DNA of 64,000 nt, from contig JAQTOB010000001.1 of assembly GCA_028713575.1 (NCBI GenBank), forward strand, positions 27,619 through 91,618, read 5' to 3'. Positions 1 to 9,281 of this stretch are shown piece after piece (the first letter of the stretch is position 1; every line of letters begins with the position of its first letter). This DNA is from Patescibacteria group bacterium. GTDB lineage: Bacteria; Patescibacteriota; Patescibacteriia; UBA2591; UBA6264. Under the pieces are notes generated by a model. That model saw nothing but the letters and a program-made list of their open reading frames with translations. It did no database searches and had not been told where the DNA came from. Both the position numbers and the translations under genes were made by a program.

Positions 1-2378
1 TGGCCTTAAAAGAATTTATTGATATGGGAATCATCGTCGTTGCCGTTCTAATTAACGCCAGCGTCGGATTTATCCAGGAATACAAAGCGGAAAAAACATT
101 CAATCATCTAAAAAAAATGGTTAATCATTCCGCCCGAGTATTAAGAACCCAAAACAATAAGCAAGAAGAACATATTATCAATAGTCAAGAAATTGTTCCC
201 GGAGATATTATTATTATTGAAGCAGGCGACATTGTCCCAGCCGACGCTCGCCTAATTGAATCCTGTAATTTAGAAGCGGTTGAATCGATTTTAACCGGTG
301 AATCAACCCCTTCAAGCAAAACAACTGATACTTTAAATCAAGGAGCCCCTCTGGCTGACAGGGAAAATATGGTTTATTCCGGAACCACCATTACTCGAGG
401 AAAAGCACGAGCTGTCGTAATTGCTACAGGAATAAAGACAGAATTGGGCAAAATTGCCAGCATGATTAAAAATACCGAAAATGATCAAACGCCTCTTCAA
501 AAAAAAATTGACCGTTTATCCAAAATAATCGGCTCAATTATTGCTGTTCTTTGTTTAGGTCTTTTTATTATCGGCTTAATCTTAGGTCGTCCGTTTCTTG
601 AAATTCTCCTCATTTCCGTAGCCGTGGCCGTCGCCGGCGTTCCCGAAGGACTGGTCATTGCCGTCACCATCTGTTTGGCCGTCGGCATGCAAAGAATCTT
701 AAAAAAGAAAGCTTTAACTAGAAAATTAGTCGCAGCAGAAACTCTTGGCTCTACTACAATAATTTGTTCTGATAAAACAGGAACTTTAACTGAAGGGAAA
801 ATGACAATCGCTCAAATTATTCCTTATAAAACAGAATCTCAAGAATTGCTGAAAGCCGGACTGCTCTGCAATAACGTGGTTATAGAAAACGAAAACGATG
901 ATTTAAAAAATTGGAAAATTACCGGAGATACAACAGAGATTGCCTTATTTCAAGGAGCAATTCAAGCCGGACTGAATAGAAAAGAATTATGGAAAAAATA
1001 TCCGCGAATTAATGAAATTCCTTTTGATTCTGAAAACATGTATATGGTTACACATCATCAAGCCCCGGACAAAAAGAAAAATATTTTATTGATTAAGGGC
1101 GCGCCAGAAAAAATTTTAAATTTAATTTCACTCTCAAGTGAAAAAAAAGAACAAATAAAAAAACAATTTGAAAAATTAACTATTAAGGGTTTAAGGATTT
1201 TGGGTTTTGCTCAAAAAACATTAAACAATAAAATTACTTTAATTGATGACGACTTAAAAAATATGAATTTTCTCGGTTTAATTGCCCTTAAAGATCCCTT
1301 GCGAGCAGAAGCTAAAGAAACCATTAATGATTGTAAGATGGCGGGTATTAGACCAATTATTCTTACCGGCGATCATCAATTAACCGCTAAAACCATTGGT
1401 CAAGAAATTGGTTTGATTAAATCAAATGGTGCTATTCTTCGGGGAGAGGATTTGGACAAACTTTCAGATAAAGAACTTGGTGAAAAAATAAAAAAAATAA
1501 ATGTTTTCGCCCGAGTTGAACCAAAACACAAAATTAGAATTGTTGATATTTTACAAAATCAAGGAGAAGTGGTCGCCATGACCGGAGACGGCGTTAATGA
1601 TGCGCCGGCCATTAAATCAGCCGATGTCGGCATAGCTTTGGGCTCTGGCTCAGAAGTAACCAAAGAAACTGCTGACGTGATTTTACTTGATGATAATTTT
1701 AAAACTATTGTTGAAATAGTAAAAACTGGTCGGAATATTTTTGACAATATTAAAAAAGTTGTTCTTTTCTTGTTTAGCGGAACTTTTACTGAATTTCTTC
1801 TTATTGGTGGACCGTTGCTCTTTGGCTTCCCGTTGCCTGTGTTAGCTGGACAAATTCTTTGGATTAATATTATTGAAGACACTTTGCCAGCCATGGCCTT
1901 ATCTTATGAAAAAGAAAATAAAGAGGTCTTGAAAGAAAGGCCACGCGGTCATCATCATGAAATCTTGGACAAGGAAATGAAATTTTTAATTTTTATTGTC
2001 GGGATTGCCACTGACTTAATTTTGTTAGCTCTTTTTGTCTATCTTTATAAAATCAATTTTGAACTGACACATATCAGAACAATAATTTTCGTTGGCTTGG
2101 GAATTGACACCCTGTTTTATGTTTTTTCCTGTAAAAATTTAAAAAAATCAATTTGGAAATATAATCCTTTTGACAATCTCTTTCTCAATATCAGTGTACT
2201 TATTGGTTGGTTAATGCTTTTAATTGCTGTTTATATCCCATTTTTTCAAAAAATTCTTAAATTAACACCGCTTTACTGGAATGATTGGTTGCTCTTAATT
2301 AGTTTAGGTTTGATTGAAATTATATTGGTAGAAATTGGTAAAATTTTTTTCATCCATCATCGTTTTAAAAAAATATGA
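1..2378 (+). CDS. P-type cation-transporting ATPase; the N-terminus lies upstream of the window and the reading frame is open back to base 3
   Basis: DKTGTLT phosphorylation motif and a TGDGVNDAPAIK hinge motif, with many TM helices. The first residues of the ORF already form a TM segment, so the protein is 5'-truncated by the window edge. Confidence 0.85.
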   Translation, partial: ALKEFIDMGIIVVAVLINASVGFIQEYKAEKTFNHLKKMVNHSARVLRTQNNKQEEHIINSQEIVPGDIIIIEAGDIVPADARLIESCNLEAVESILTGESTPSSKTTDTLNQGAPLADRENMVYSGTTITRGKARAVVIATGIKTELGKIASMIKNTENDQTPLQKKIDRLSKIIGSIIAVLCLGLFIIGLILGRPFLEILLISVAVAVAGVPEGLVIAVTICLAVGMQRILKKKALTRKLVAAETLGSTTIICSDKTGTLTEGKMTIAQIIPYKTESQELLKAGLLCNNVVIENENDDLKNWKITGDTTEIALFQGAIQAGLNRKELWKKYPRINEIPFDSENMYMVTHHQAPDKKKNILLIKGAPEKILNLISLSSEKKEQIKKQFEKLTIKGLRILGFAQKTLNNKITLIDDDLKNMNFLGLIALKDPLRAEAKETINDCKMAGIRPIILTGDHQLTAKTIGQEIGLIKSNGAILRGEDLDKLSDKELGEKIKKINVFARVEPKHKIRIVDILQNQGEVVAMTGDGVNDAPAIKSADVGIALGSGSEVTKETADVILLDDNFKTIVEIVKTGRNIFDNIKKVVLFLFSGTFTEFLLIGGPLLFGFPLPVLAGQILWINIIEDTLPAMALSYEKENKEVLKERPRGHHHEILDKEMKFLIFIVGIATDLILLALFVYLYKINFELTHIRTIIFVGLGIDTLFYVFSCKNLKKSIWKYNPFDNLFLNISVLIGWLMLLIAVYIPFFQKILKLTPLYWNDWLLLISLGLIEIILVEIGKIFFIHHRFKKI

Positions 2379-2584
2379 TGTTCATTTATATTTTATGTTT
2401 TTGTTATTATCTTAATCTTGTTTATCTTATTTAAAAATGCACAACAAATAATTAAATCTTTTCATAAAAAGAAACCGTGCTTTGTTCTCTATGTTGCTTT
2501 CATTATTATTTAATTTTTGATAAAATAGTATACGAAAAACGCACTATAAAAATTTATAGGTAACAAAAAATCATATTTATTCTT

Positions 2585-3880
2585 ATGTATATTTCACTTA
2601 AAAACCTTCAAAAACATTTAAATAAAATTGTGACCTTAAGGGGATGGATATATAATTTTCGTTCTTCCGGTTCAATTATGTTTTTGCAGCTAAGAGACGG
2701 AACCGGTTTTATTCAGGCAATTTTAAATAAATCAGATATTGATGAAAAAAAATGGATTGAGGCACAAAAAATTAGCTTAGAAACATCTCTTGAATTAACT
2801 GGAAAATTAACCATGCATCCGAAAAATAAAAATGAGTTTGAAGTGCAAATAAAAAATTTTAAAATCTATCAAATCCCTAAAGATGATTATCCGATTAGTA
2901 AAAAAGAACATGGACCTGAATTTTTATTAGATAATCGCCACTTGTGGTTACGTTCCCGTCGTCAATGGGCCATTCAACGTATTCGCGACACCTTAATTCG
3001 CGCCACTTACGAATGGATGCATAATAATAATTTTACAAAAATTGATTCTCCCATCCTAACGCCGTCCGCCTGCGAAGGAACAACCACGCTTTTTGGTGTA
3101 AAATACTTTGATTTGGGTAAGGCCTACTTATCCCAATCTGGCCAATTATATTTAGAAGCGGCTATTGCCTCTTGGGGAAAAGTTTATGATTTCGGTCCGG
3201 TTTTCCGCGCGGAAAAATCAAAAACCAGAAGACACTTAACCGAATTCTGGATGATGGACGCAGAAATGGCCTTTATAGAACATGAAGAAAATTTAAAAAT
3301 TCAGGAAAATCTTATTTCCTTTATGATTAAAAAAGTTTTAGTTGAAAATCAGGAAGAACTAAAAATTTTGGAACGCGACCCCGAACCCTTGAAAAAAATC
3401 AAACCACCCTTTTATCGGATTACTCATCAAGAAGCAATAAAAAAACTGCAAAAATTAGGCAGTAAAACAAGGGAAACCGAAGATTTAGGCGGAGAAGACG
3501 AAACAATTATAACCAAACAATATGACAAGCCCTTGTTTGTTGAAAAATATCCCGCTCAGGTAAAATCTTTTTATATGAAACGCAACCCCAAAAATCCTTC
3601 CCTTGTTCTTTGCGCCGACTTGCTGGCGCCAGAGGGTTATGGTGAAATCATTGGCGGCTCGCAAAGAGAAGACAATTATGACGAATTAATAAAAAGAATT
3701 AAAGAAAATAATTTACCTTTGGAAAACTTTAAATGGTATTTAGACCTACGCCGTTATGGGAGTATTCCTCACTCCGGGTTCGGTTTTGGATTAGAACGAA
3801 TTGTCGCCTGGCTTTGCGGCTTGACGCATGTTCGGGAAACCATTCCCTTTCCCCGACTAATTAACAGGCTAAATCCTTAA
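2585..3880 (+). CDS. asnS: asparaginyl-tRNA synthetase (class II)
   Basis: 431 aa with an N-terminal OB fold and class II motifs. Motif 3 reads HSGFGFGLERIVAWLCGLTHVRETIPFPR, which is typical of AsnRS. Confidence 0.85.
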   Translation: MYISLKNLQKHLNKIVTLRGWIYNFRSSGSIMFLQLRDGTGFIQAILNKSDIDEKKWIEAQKISLETSLELTGKLTMHPKNKNEFEVQIKNFKIYQIPKDDYPISKKEHGPEFLLDNRHLWLRSRRQWAIQRIRDTLIRATYEWMHNNNFTKIDSPILTPSACEGTTTLFGVKYFDLGKAYLSQSGQLYLEAAIASWGKVYDFGPVFRAEKSKTRRHLTEFWMMDAEMAFIEHEENLKIQENLISFMIKKVLVENQEELKILERDPEPLKKIKPPFYRITHQEAIKKLQKLGSKTRETEDLGGEDETIITKQYDKPLFVEKYPAQVKSFYMKRNPKNPSLVLCADLLAPEGYGEIIGGSQREDNYDELIKRIKENNLPLENFKWYLDLRRYGSIPHSGFGFGLERIVAWLCGLTHVRETIPFPRLINRLNP

Positions 3881-3885
3881 AACTT

Positions 3886-4206
3886 ATGAAAGAAAAAATT
3901 GAGAAAAACTCTTTTGCTCTGACGGAAAAACAGCAAAAAATAGAAAAAAATCTAAAGGACTCTTTAAAATCAATTGAAAAAATCAAAGAGACGCTGGAAG
4001 AAAAAAACTTTTTTGAGGAGGATTCCGTCAAAATTACTTCCCTTTTAAGAAAAAAATATCCTGATGCGGAAAAATACTATCTTTATCACTTAGTTGCCGG
4101 TAGCACACCAAGTCCAGAAAAATCTCTTTATTTTGACTTCCCGGGCGAAGATTCTATCTACGAAATTCTGCGAAAACTATTAAAAAACTTACTCTCCAAA
4201 TTATAA
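3886..4206 (+). CDS. hypothetical small charged protein located between asnS and aspS
   Basis: 106-aa ORF packed tightly between two genes on the same strand, lysine/glutamate-rich, with no recognisable motif. Confidence 0.35.
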   Translation: MKEKIEKNSFALTEKQQKIEKNLKDSLKSIEKIKETLEEKNFFEEDSVKITSLLRKKYPDAEKYYLYHLVAGSTPSPEKSLYFDFPGEDSIYEILRKLLKNLLSKL

Positions 4207-4217
4207 ACACAAACGAT

Positions 4218-5618
4218 ATGGAAAAAATAAAAAACATTCAAATAACGGATAATGTTGGAAAAAATGTTACTCTCCACGGATGGGTAAATGATTGTAAAAA
4301 TTTAGGGCAAATTACCTTTATTTATTTACGTGACCGTTCTGGTTTGGCACAAATCGTTTTCGCCCCCTCCGAACTTGACGATGAATCGAAAGAAGCGGTA
4401 AAAACCCTTCGGCCGGAATTCGTGATTGAAGTTAAAGGTACGGTCAACTCAAGGCCAAAAAATCAAATCAATAAAAATTTTCCTACCGGCACGGTAGAAG
4501 TCCTAGCTAAAAAACTTATTATTCTTAACCGGGCAAAAACACCTCCCTTTGAAATCAACTCCGAAAAAAAACAAATCAGCGAAAAATTACGACTGAAATA
4601 CCGTTACCTTGATTTGCGAAGAGAAAAAATAAAAAATAATTTGATTCTGCGCCACAAAATAATCAAATTTATTCGCGATTATTTAGACAAGGAAGAATTT
4701 TTAGAAATAGAAACACCGATTCTTACCAAAGGCACGCCAGAAGGAGCGCGTGAATTTATTGTTCCTTCCCGTCTTTACCCGGGAAAATTTTATGTTCTCC
4801 CGCAAGCGCCCCAACAATTTAAACAACTTTTAATGGTGGCAGGCTTAGAAAAATATTTTCAAATTGCCCGCTGTTTTCGCGATGAAGATACGCGTGGTGA
4901 TCGGCAACCTGAATTCACCCAATTGGATATGGAAATGAGTTTTATAGAAAAAGAAGACATTATGGAATTGATTGAAAAATTAATTATTTCTTTAGTAAAA
5001 ACCGTGGTCCCAAATAAAAAAATTACTACCTATCCTTTTCCTCGCCTAAATTACGATGAAATAATAAAAAAAGACAAGACCGACAAGCCCGATTTAAGAA
5101 AAAATCAAAAAGATGAAAATGAATTAGCCTTTTGTTTTATAACTAATTTTCCTCTTTTTGAATATTCAAAAAACGAAAAAAAAATTGTTTCTGTTCATCA
5201 CCCCTTTACTTCCCCCCAGCTAGAATACCTTCCTCTGTTAAAAAAAGAACCATTGAAAGTTAAATCTCAGCAATACGACCTTGTTTGTAATGGTTTTGAA
5301 ATAGGGGGCGGATCAATCAGAATTCACCAAAAAAATATCCAGAAACAAATATTTGAAATCCTTAAAATTAAAAAAGAAGAAATTAAAAGGCGCTTCGGTC
5401 ATTTGCTTGAAGCCTTTGAATATGGTGCCCCGCCACACGGCGGCATTGCTCTCGGACTTGACCGCCTGATGATGATTTTGGCCAATGAACCGAACATTCG
5501 CGAAGTCATTCCTTTCGCCAAAACTGCCGATGCTAAAGATTTAATGATGGGTGCGCCAAGCAATTTGCCAAAAGAACAAATAGAACAAGTAAACATTGAA
5601 ATTAAAAAGAAAAAATAA
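4218..5618 (+). CDS. aspS: aspartyl-tRNA synthetase, compact form without the bacterial GAD insertion domain
   Basis: Motifs FRDEDTRGDRQPEFTQLDMEMSF and GAPPHGGIALGLDRLMMIL. At 466 aa it is about 120 aa shorter than a typical bacterial AspRS. Confidence 0.85.
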   Translation: MEKIKNIQITDNVGKNVTLHGWVNDCKNLGQITFIYLRDRSGLAQIVFAPSELDDESKEAVKTLRPEFVIEVKGTVNSRPKNQINKNFPTGTVEVLAKKLIILNRAKTPPFEINSEKKQISEKLRLKYRYLDLRREKIKNNLILRHKIIKFIRDYLDKEEFLEIETPILTKGTPEGAREFIVPSRLYPGKFYVLPQAPQQFKQLLMVAGLEKYFQIARCFRDEDTRGDRQPEFTQLDMEMSFIEKEDIMELIEKLIISLVKTVVPNKKITTYPFPRLNYDEIIKKDKTDKPDLRKNQKDENELAFCFITNFPLFEYSKNEKKIVSVHHPFTSPQLEYLPLLKKEPLKVKSQQYDLVCNGFEIGGGSIRIHQKNIQKQIFEILKIKKEEIKRRFGHLLEAFEYGAPPHGGIALGLDRLMMILANEPNIREVIPFAKTADAKDLMMGAPSNLPKEQIEQVNIEIKKKK

Positions 5619-6516
5619 ATATATGCGATTTTTAAAATTAGCTATCCAAAATTTTTTTCGAAATTTCTGGCTAAGCATCACCAGTATTATTATTATGCTT
5701 TTAATGTTATTTTGCTTAAGTCTCTTATATAACTTCAATGTTATTGGTCAACAAATAATGGTTTCTTTAAAAGACAAAATGGACCTGGGTGTTTATTTAA
5801 ACCAAAATATTGACCAAAATAAAACTGCTCTTTTAATCTCAGAATTAGAAAATATGGAAGAAATTAAAAAATTGGATTTTTTTTCTCCGGAGCAATCATT
5901 AGAAAATTTTAAGGATAAACATCAAAACGACTCTTTAATTTTAAGGTCTTTGGAAACATTAAACGAGAATCCTTTTGGCGGACTGATAACCATAAAATTT
6001 CATAACCCGACGGATTATCAAAAAATAATTTCAGTTATTGAAAAACCCGTTTATCAATCCCTTATTCAAGAACAAAATTTTTATGACTACCAAAACCTGA
6101 TTCACGATTTCAATGCTATTAGTCAAAAAATAACGCAAGCTGGAATTAGTATCAGCGTTTTATTTTCCCTAATTACCGTCTTAGTAATTTTTACAACTAT
6201 TAAACTGGGAGCGCTTTCTCGGCAAAAAGAAATCAAAATTATGAGATTGGTGGGGGCTTCGGCTCACGCTATTCGTCGGCCGTTTCTGATTGAGGGCGGT
6301 TTATACGCTGGTATTTCATGGATTTTAAACATGGGAATCATTTTTTCCTTAGCTTATTTTTTCCAGCCTCGTTTACAACAATTTCTTGAATTAAATTTTA
6401 ATTTATTTAATTATTTAAAAAACGCTTTTTATTTTTGGGTCGGATTACTCGCCTTTTCTTTAGTTATTTCCCTAATCGGCAGTGGCTTAGCCATTAAAAA
6501 ATATTTGAAACTTTAA
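5596..6516 (+). CDS. ftsX: FtsX-like cell-division/ABC permease protein; the true start is probably the ATG at 5623
   Basis: Four TM segments, a large periplasmic loop and the motif MRLVGASAHAIRRPFLIEGGLYAG. The tracked start overlaps the aspS stop. Confidence 0.7.
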   Translation: MKLKRKNKYMRFLKLAIQNFFRNFWLSITSIIIMLLMLFCLSLLYNFNVIGQQIMVSLKDKMDLGVYLNQNIDQNKTALLISELENMEEIKKLDFFSPEQSLENFKDKHQNDSLILRSLETLNENPFGGLITIKFHNPTDYQKIISVIEKPVYQSLIQEQNFYDYQNLIHDFNAISQKITQAGISISVLFSLITVLVIFTTIKLGALSRQKEIKIMRLVGASAHAIRRPFLIEGGLYAGISWILNMGIIFSLAYFFQPRLQQFLELNFNLFNYLKNAFYFWVGLLAFSLVISLIGSGLAIKKYLKL

Positions 6517-6518
6517 AA

Positions 6519-7526
6519 ATGGATTTAAAAAATTTTAATTATATTCTTCCCGAAGAACTAATTGCTCAAACCTCCGCTAAGCCTCGAGATCATTCGAGGC
6601 TGATGATTTTAAACAAAAAAAAACAATCAATCAGTCACGACTTTTTCTTTAATTTAAAAAATTATCTGCCCAAAAATAGTATTTTGGTGGCTAATAATTC
6701 TCGGGTTCTCCCGGCCCGTCTATACGGAACTAAACCAACGGGTGGGAAAATCGAAGTTTTGCTCTTGAAAAAATTCAAGGGAAACGCTTGGCAAGCAATG
6801 ATTGGCGGAAAAGCGTCTCTGGGAATGCAAATATCTTTTAATAAAAATTTAAAAGCAACTATTTTGAAAAAAGAGCATCAATTAGGAATAATGAAATTCA
6901 ATCAAACAACGAAAAATTTCTTAAAAATCCTGGACAAATTAGGACAAGCCCCTACTCCTCCCTATATTAAAAGAATTTCTAATTTGAGAGAATATCAAAC
7001 AATTTACGCTAAAAAAATCGGTTCAGTCGCTGCCCCGACTGCTGGTTTTCATTTTACGAAAAAATTGATTAAAAATTTAGAGAAAAACGGATTTCAATTT
7101 TCGTTTATTACCTTGCATGTCGGATTGGGAACATTTCAACCAGTCAGTGAAAAAAAAATTGAGAATCACCGCATACATCCCGAAAAAGTTCAAGTGTCCT
7201 TAAAAACAGCAAAAATTCTCAATAAAGCAAAAAAACAAAATCAAAAAATAATTGCCATCGGTACCACTAGTGGCCGAGCATTGGAATCGTTTGTTAAAAA
7301 TAAAAAATTGCTCTATGGCAAAAAAGAAACAAAAATCTTTATTTATCCGGGATATAAATTCAAATTTATTGACGGTTTAATCACCAATTTTCACCTGCCT
7401 AAATCAACCCTCTTAATGATGGTTTCCGCTTTAGCCGGACAATCTTTGGTCCAAAAAGCATACCGACAAGCTATTAAAAAAAAATATCGTTTCTATTCAT
7501 TTGGTGATGCTATGTTAATTATCTAA
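6519..7526 (+). CDS. queA: S-adenosylmethionine:tRNA ribosyltransferase-isomerase
   Basis: N-terminus MDLKNFNYILPEELIAQTSAKPRDHSRLMIL; length and motifs match QueA. Confidence 0.85.
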   Translation: MDLKNFNYILPEELIAQTSAKPRDHSRLMILNKKKQSISHDFFFNLKNYLPKNSILVANNSRVLPARLYGTKPTGGKIEVLLLKKFKGNAWQAMIGGKASLGMQISFNKNLKATILKKEHQLGIMKFNQTTKNFLKILDKLGQAPTPPYIKRISNLREYQTIYAKKIGSVAAPTAGFHFTKKLIKNLEKNGFQFSFITLHVGLGTFQPVSEKKIENHRIHPEKVQVSLKTAKILNKAKKQNQKIIAIGTTSGRALESFVKNKKLLYGKKETKIFIYPGYKFKFIDGLITNFHLPKSTLLMMVSALAGQSLVQKAYRQAIKKKYRFYSFGDAMLII

Positions 7527-7626
7527 AGATTTTAAACAAAACGCAGTCCCGCGCCATCCGCAGGATTGGTGCGTAGATATTTATTTGGTGATATCATGCT
7601 AATATCATTCAAACGTTAAGTTTAAA

Positions 7627-7654
7627 TTGACTAATTTGATAATTTTGTTATATT
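7627..7654 (+). promoter_or_regulatory. candidate sigma70-type promoter for tRNA-Cys: TTGACT, a 16-nt spacer, then TATATT
   Basis: A near-consensus -35/-10 pair ends about 20 nt upstream of the mature tRNA 5' end. Confidence 0.35.
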
Positions 7655-7674
7655 ATCAATATAATTGAGAGAGG

Positions 7675-7747
7675 GGCCAGGTAGCCAAGTGGCAAAGGCA
7701 AGGGTCTGCAAAACCCTTATACAGGGGTTCGATTCCCCTCCTGGCCT
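7675..7747 (+). tRNA. tRNA-Cys (anticodon GCA)
   Basis: Cloverleaf with acceptor stem GGCCAGG/CCTGGCC, anticodon loop CTGCAAA and T-loop TTCGATT; no CCA is encoded. Confidence 0.85.
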
Positions 7748-7789
7748 TTTCCAATTTTCTCTAAAATTGTGAGCCAACAAAGACAAAAC

Positions 7790-8065
7790 AATTTTAGTAA
7801 GAAAGTTGAGAACCCCGCCCTTATTTTACCTTTTTGAAGATAAATATCGCTAATTTTGATTTATTGTTTTAACGCTCGCAGTGCAGTAAGGTCCTTGACG
7901 AAATTAAAATGCATTGCCTCACATTATCTTGTAAAGTAAGGCGGGGCGTTGTGTTTAACACAACTAAAAATAGAAAGGCAACCCACGCTCTAATTTTACG
8001 GATTAAAACAAGGGCGGCAAACTCGCCTTTGGCGAGGTCCTATTCGGACACTTTGCCGCAAAAGT
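7790..8065. ncRNA. candidate structured non-coding RNA of unassigned class in a GC-enriched intergenic region
   Basis: About 370 bp lack any ORF and are markedly GC-richer than their surroundings. Long-range complements (CCCCGCCC...GGCGGGGCG) and a nested hairpin (GCGGCAAA-CTCGCC-TTT-GGCGAG...TTTGCCGC) are present. No tmRNA, RNase P or SRP signature motifs were found. Confidence 0.25.
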
Positions 8066-8174
8066 AAAAAAAGAAAAAATTATTTAAAAATAAATATATA
8101 AATGGTAAAATTAGAGCGGGGTGCTCATAAATCTAACAAATTTTTATTCACTTCGTTCTAAAAATTTGAGATTT

Positions 8175-9125
8175 ATGGCAAAACTTATTCTTATAGACGC
8201 TCAAGCTGTTCTCCATCGCGCTTGGCACGCTTTACCCAAACTGACTGATTCTCATGGCCAAGTGATTAATGCTGTTTATGGATTTTCTTCTCTTTTATTA
8301 AAACTTATTAATGAACAAAACCCTGATTATTTGGTTGTGGCTTTTGACACTAAGGCGCCCACTTTTCGTCATCAAGAATATAAAGAATATAAAGCCGGCA
8401 GAGAAAAACAGCCAGCGGAATTCTACGACCAAATTCCTTTGAGTAAAAAAATTGTTGAAGCCTTTGGTCTTCCTATTTTTATTAAAGAAGGATTTGAGGC
8501 CGATGATTTAATCGGCGCCGTTATCCAGTCGCAAAAAAAGAAAAATCCGAAAATAGAGTCCTTGATTGTCAGTGGTGACCTTGATCTGTGTCAACTGGTT
8601 GGTCCCCGGACTTCTGTTTATTATCTCCGGCAAGGGTTGTCTCAAATAAAAATTTATGATCTTAAGGCGGTTAGAGAACGGTTTGAATTAGAACCAGAAC
8701 AGTTAATTGATTTTAAGGCTTTAAGGGGCGACCCTTCCGACAATATCAAAGGAATGACGGGCATTGGTCCGAAAATCGCTTTAAAATTAATTAAAAATTT
8801 TAAAACTCTGGACAATCTTTATGAGTATTTGGAAAATTGCTTTAATAAAGGAAGAAAATGTGAAATCAAACAATCTTTAGCGGAAAAGCTCTGGCAAAAT
8901 AAAGAACAAGTTCTTCGCGATAAAAGATTGGTAACAATTCAAAAAAATATTCCCGGACTGGAAGCTGAAAAAATAAAAAAAATTAATTTTGACTATAAAA
9001 AAATAAATAAAATTTTTGAAGAGTTTGGGTTTAAAAGTTTAATAAAAAGATTAATGAAAAATCATTCAAATCAATCTGTAATAAAAACAAACTTAATTAC
9101 CTGCAAACAGAACAAATTATTTTAA
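8175..9125 (+). CDS. standalone 5'-3' exonuclease (FEN/Pol I N-terminal-like, PIN plus H3TH)
   Basis: MAKLILIDAQAVLHRAWHALP..., EGFEADDLIGAV and a GIGPKIALKLI H3TH motif. The tracked ORF starts at 8121, but the ATG at 8175 matches the family N-terminus. Confidence 0.8.
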   Translation: MAKLILIDAQAVLHRAWHALPKLTDSHGQVINAVYGFSSLLLKLINEQNPDYLVVAFDTKAPTFRHQEYKEYKAGREKQPAEFYDQIPLSKKIVEAFGLPIFIKEGFEADDLIGAVIQSQKKKNPKIESLIVSGDLDLCQLVGPRTSVYYLRQGLSQIKIYDLKAVRERFELEPEQLIDFKALRGDPSDNIKGMTGIGPKIALKLIKNFKTLDNLYEYLENCFNKGRKCEIKQSLAEKLWQNKEQVLRDKRLVTIQKNIPGLEAEKIKKINFDYKKINKIFEEFGFKSLIKRLMKNHSNQSVIKTNLITCKQNKLF

Positions 9126-9281
9126 CCCCTCGCCCCTTAATCACAATGTGCCCGTAAATCGGAATATGTATAAAACCAAAAAATAATTTAAAGATTTTTT
9201 GAATAATTTAATCAATTTAAATCGCTGCAAAATCATTGCTCTATATTTGAAAGTGATTTCGCCGTAATTAAAAAGTAAGAA

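Noticed and set aside
2379-2584. T-box or other leader riboswitch upstream of asnS
   Set aside because: The 200-bp leader is AT-rich with no T-box consensus (AATTAGGGTGGNACCGCG-like) and no specifier and antiterminator arrangement.
7790-8065. Assignment of the GC-rich intergenic region to tmRNA, RNase P RNA or SRP RNA
   Set aside because: Signatures of these classes were looked for: the tmRNA tRNA-like 3' end and ALAA-type tag ORF, the RNase P P4 motifs AGGAAAGUCCGGGCUCC and ACAGAACCCGGCUUA, and the SRP domain IV GGAAGCAGC. None was found, so only a generic structured-RNA call is made.
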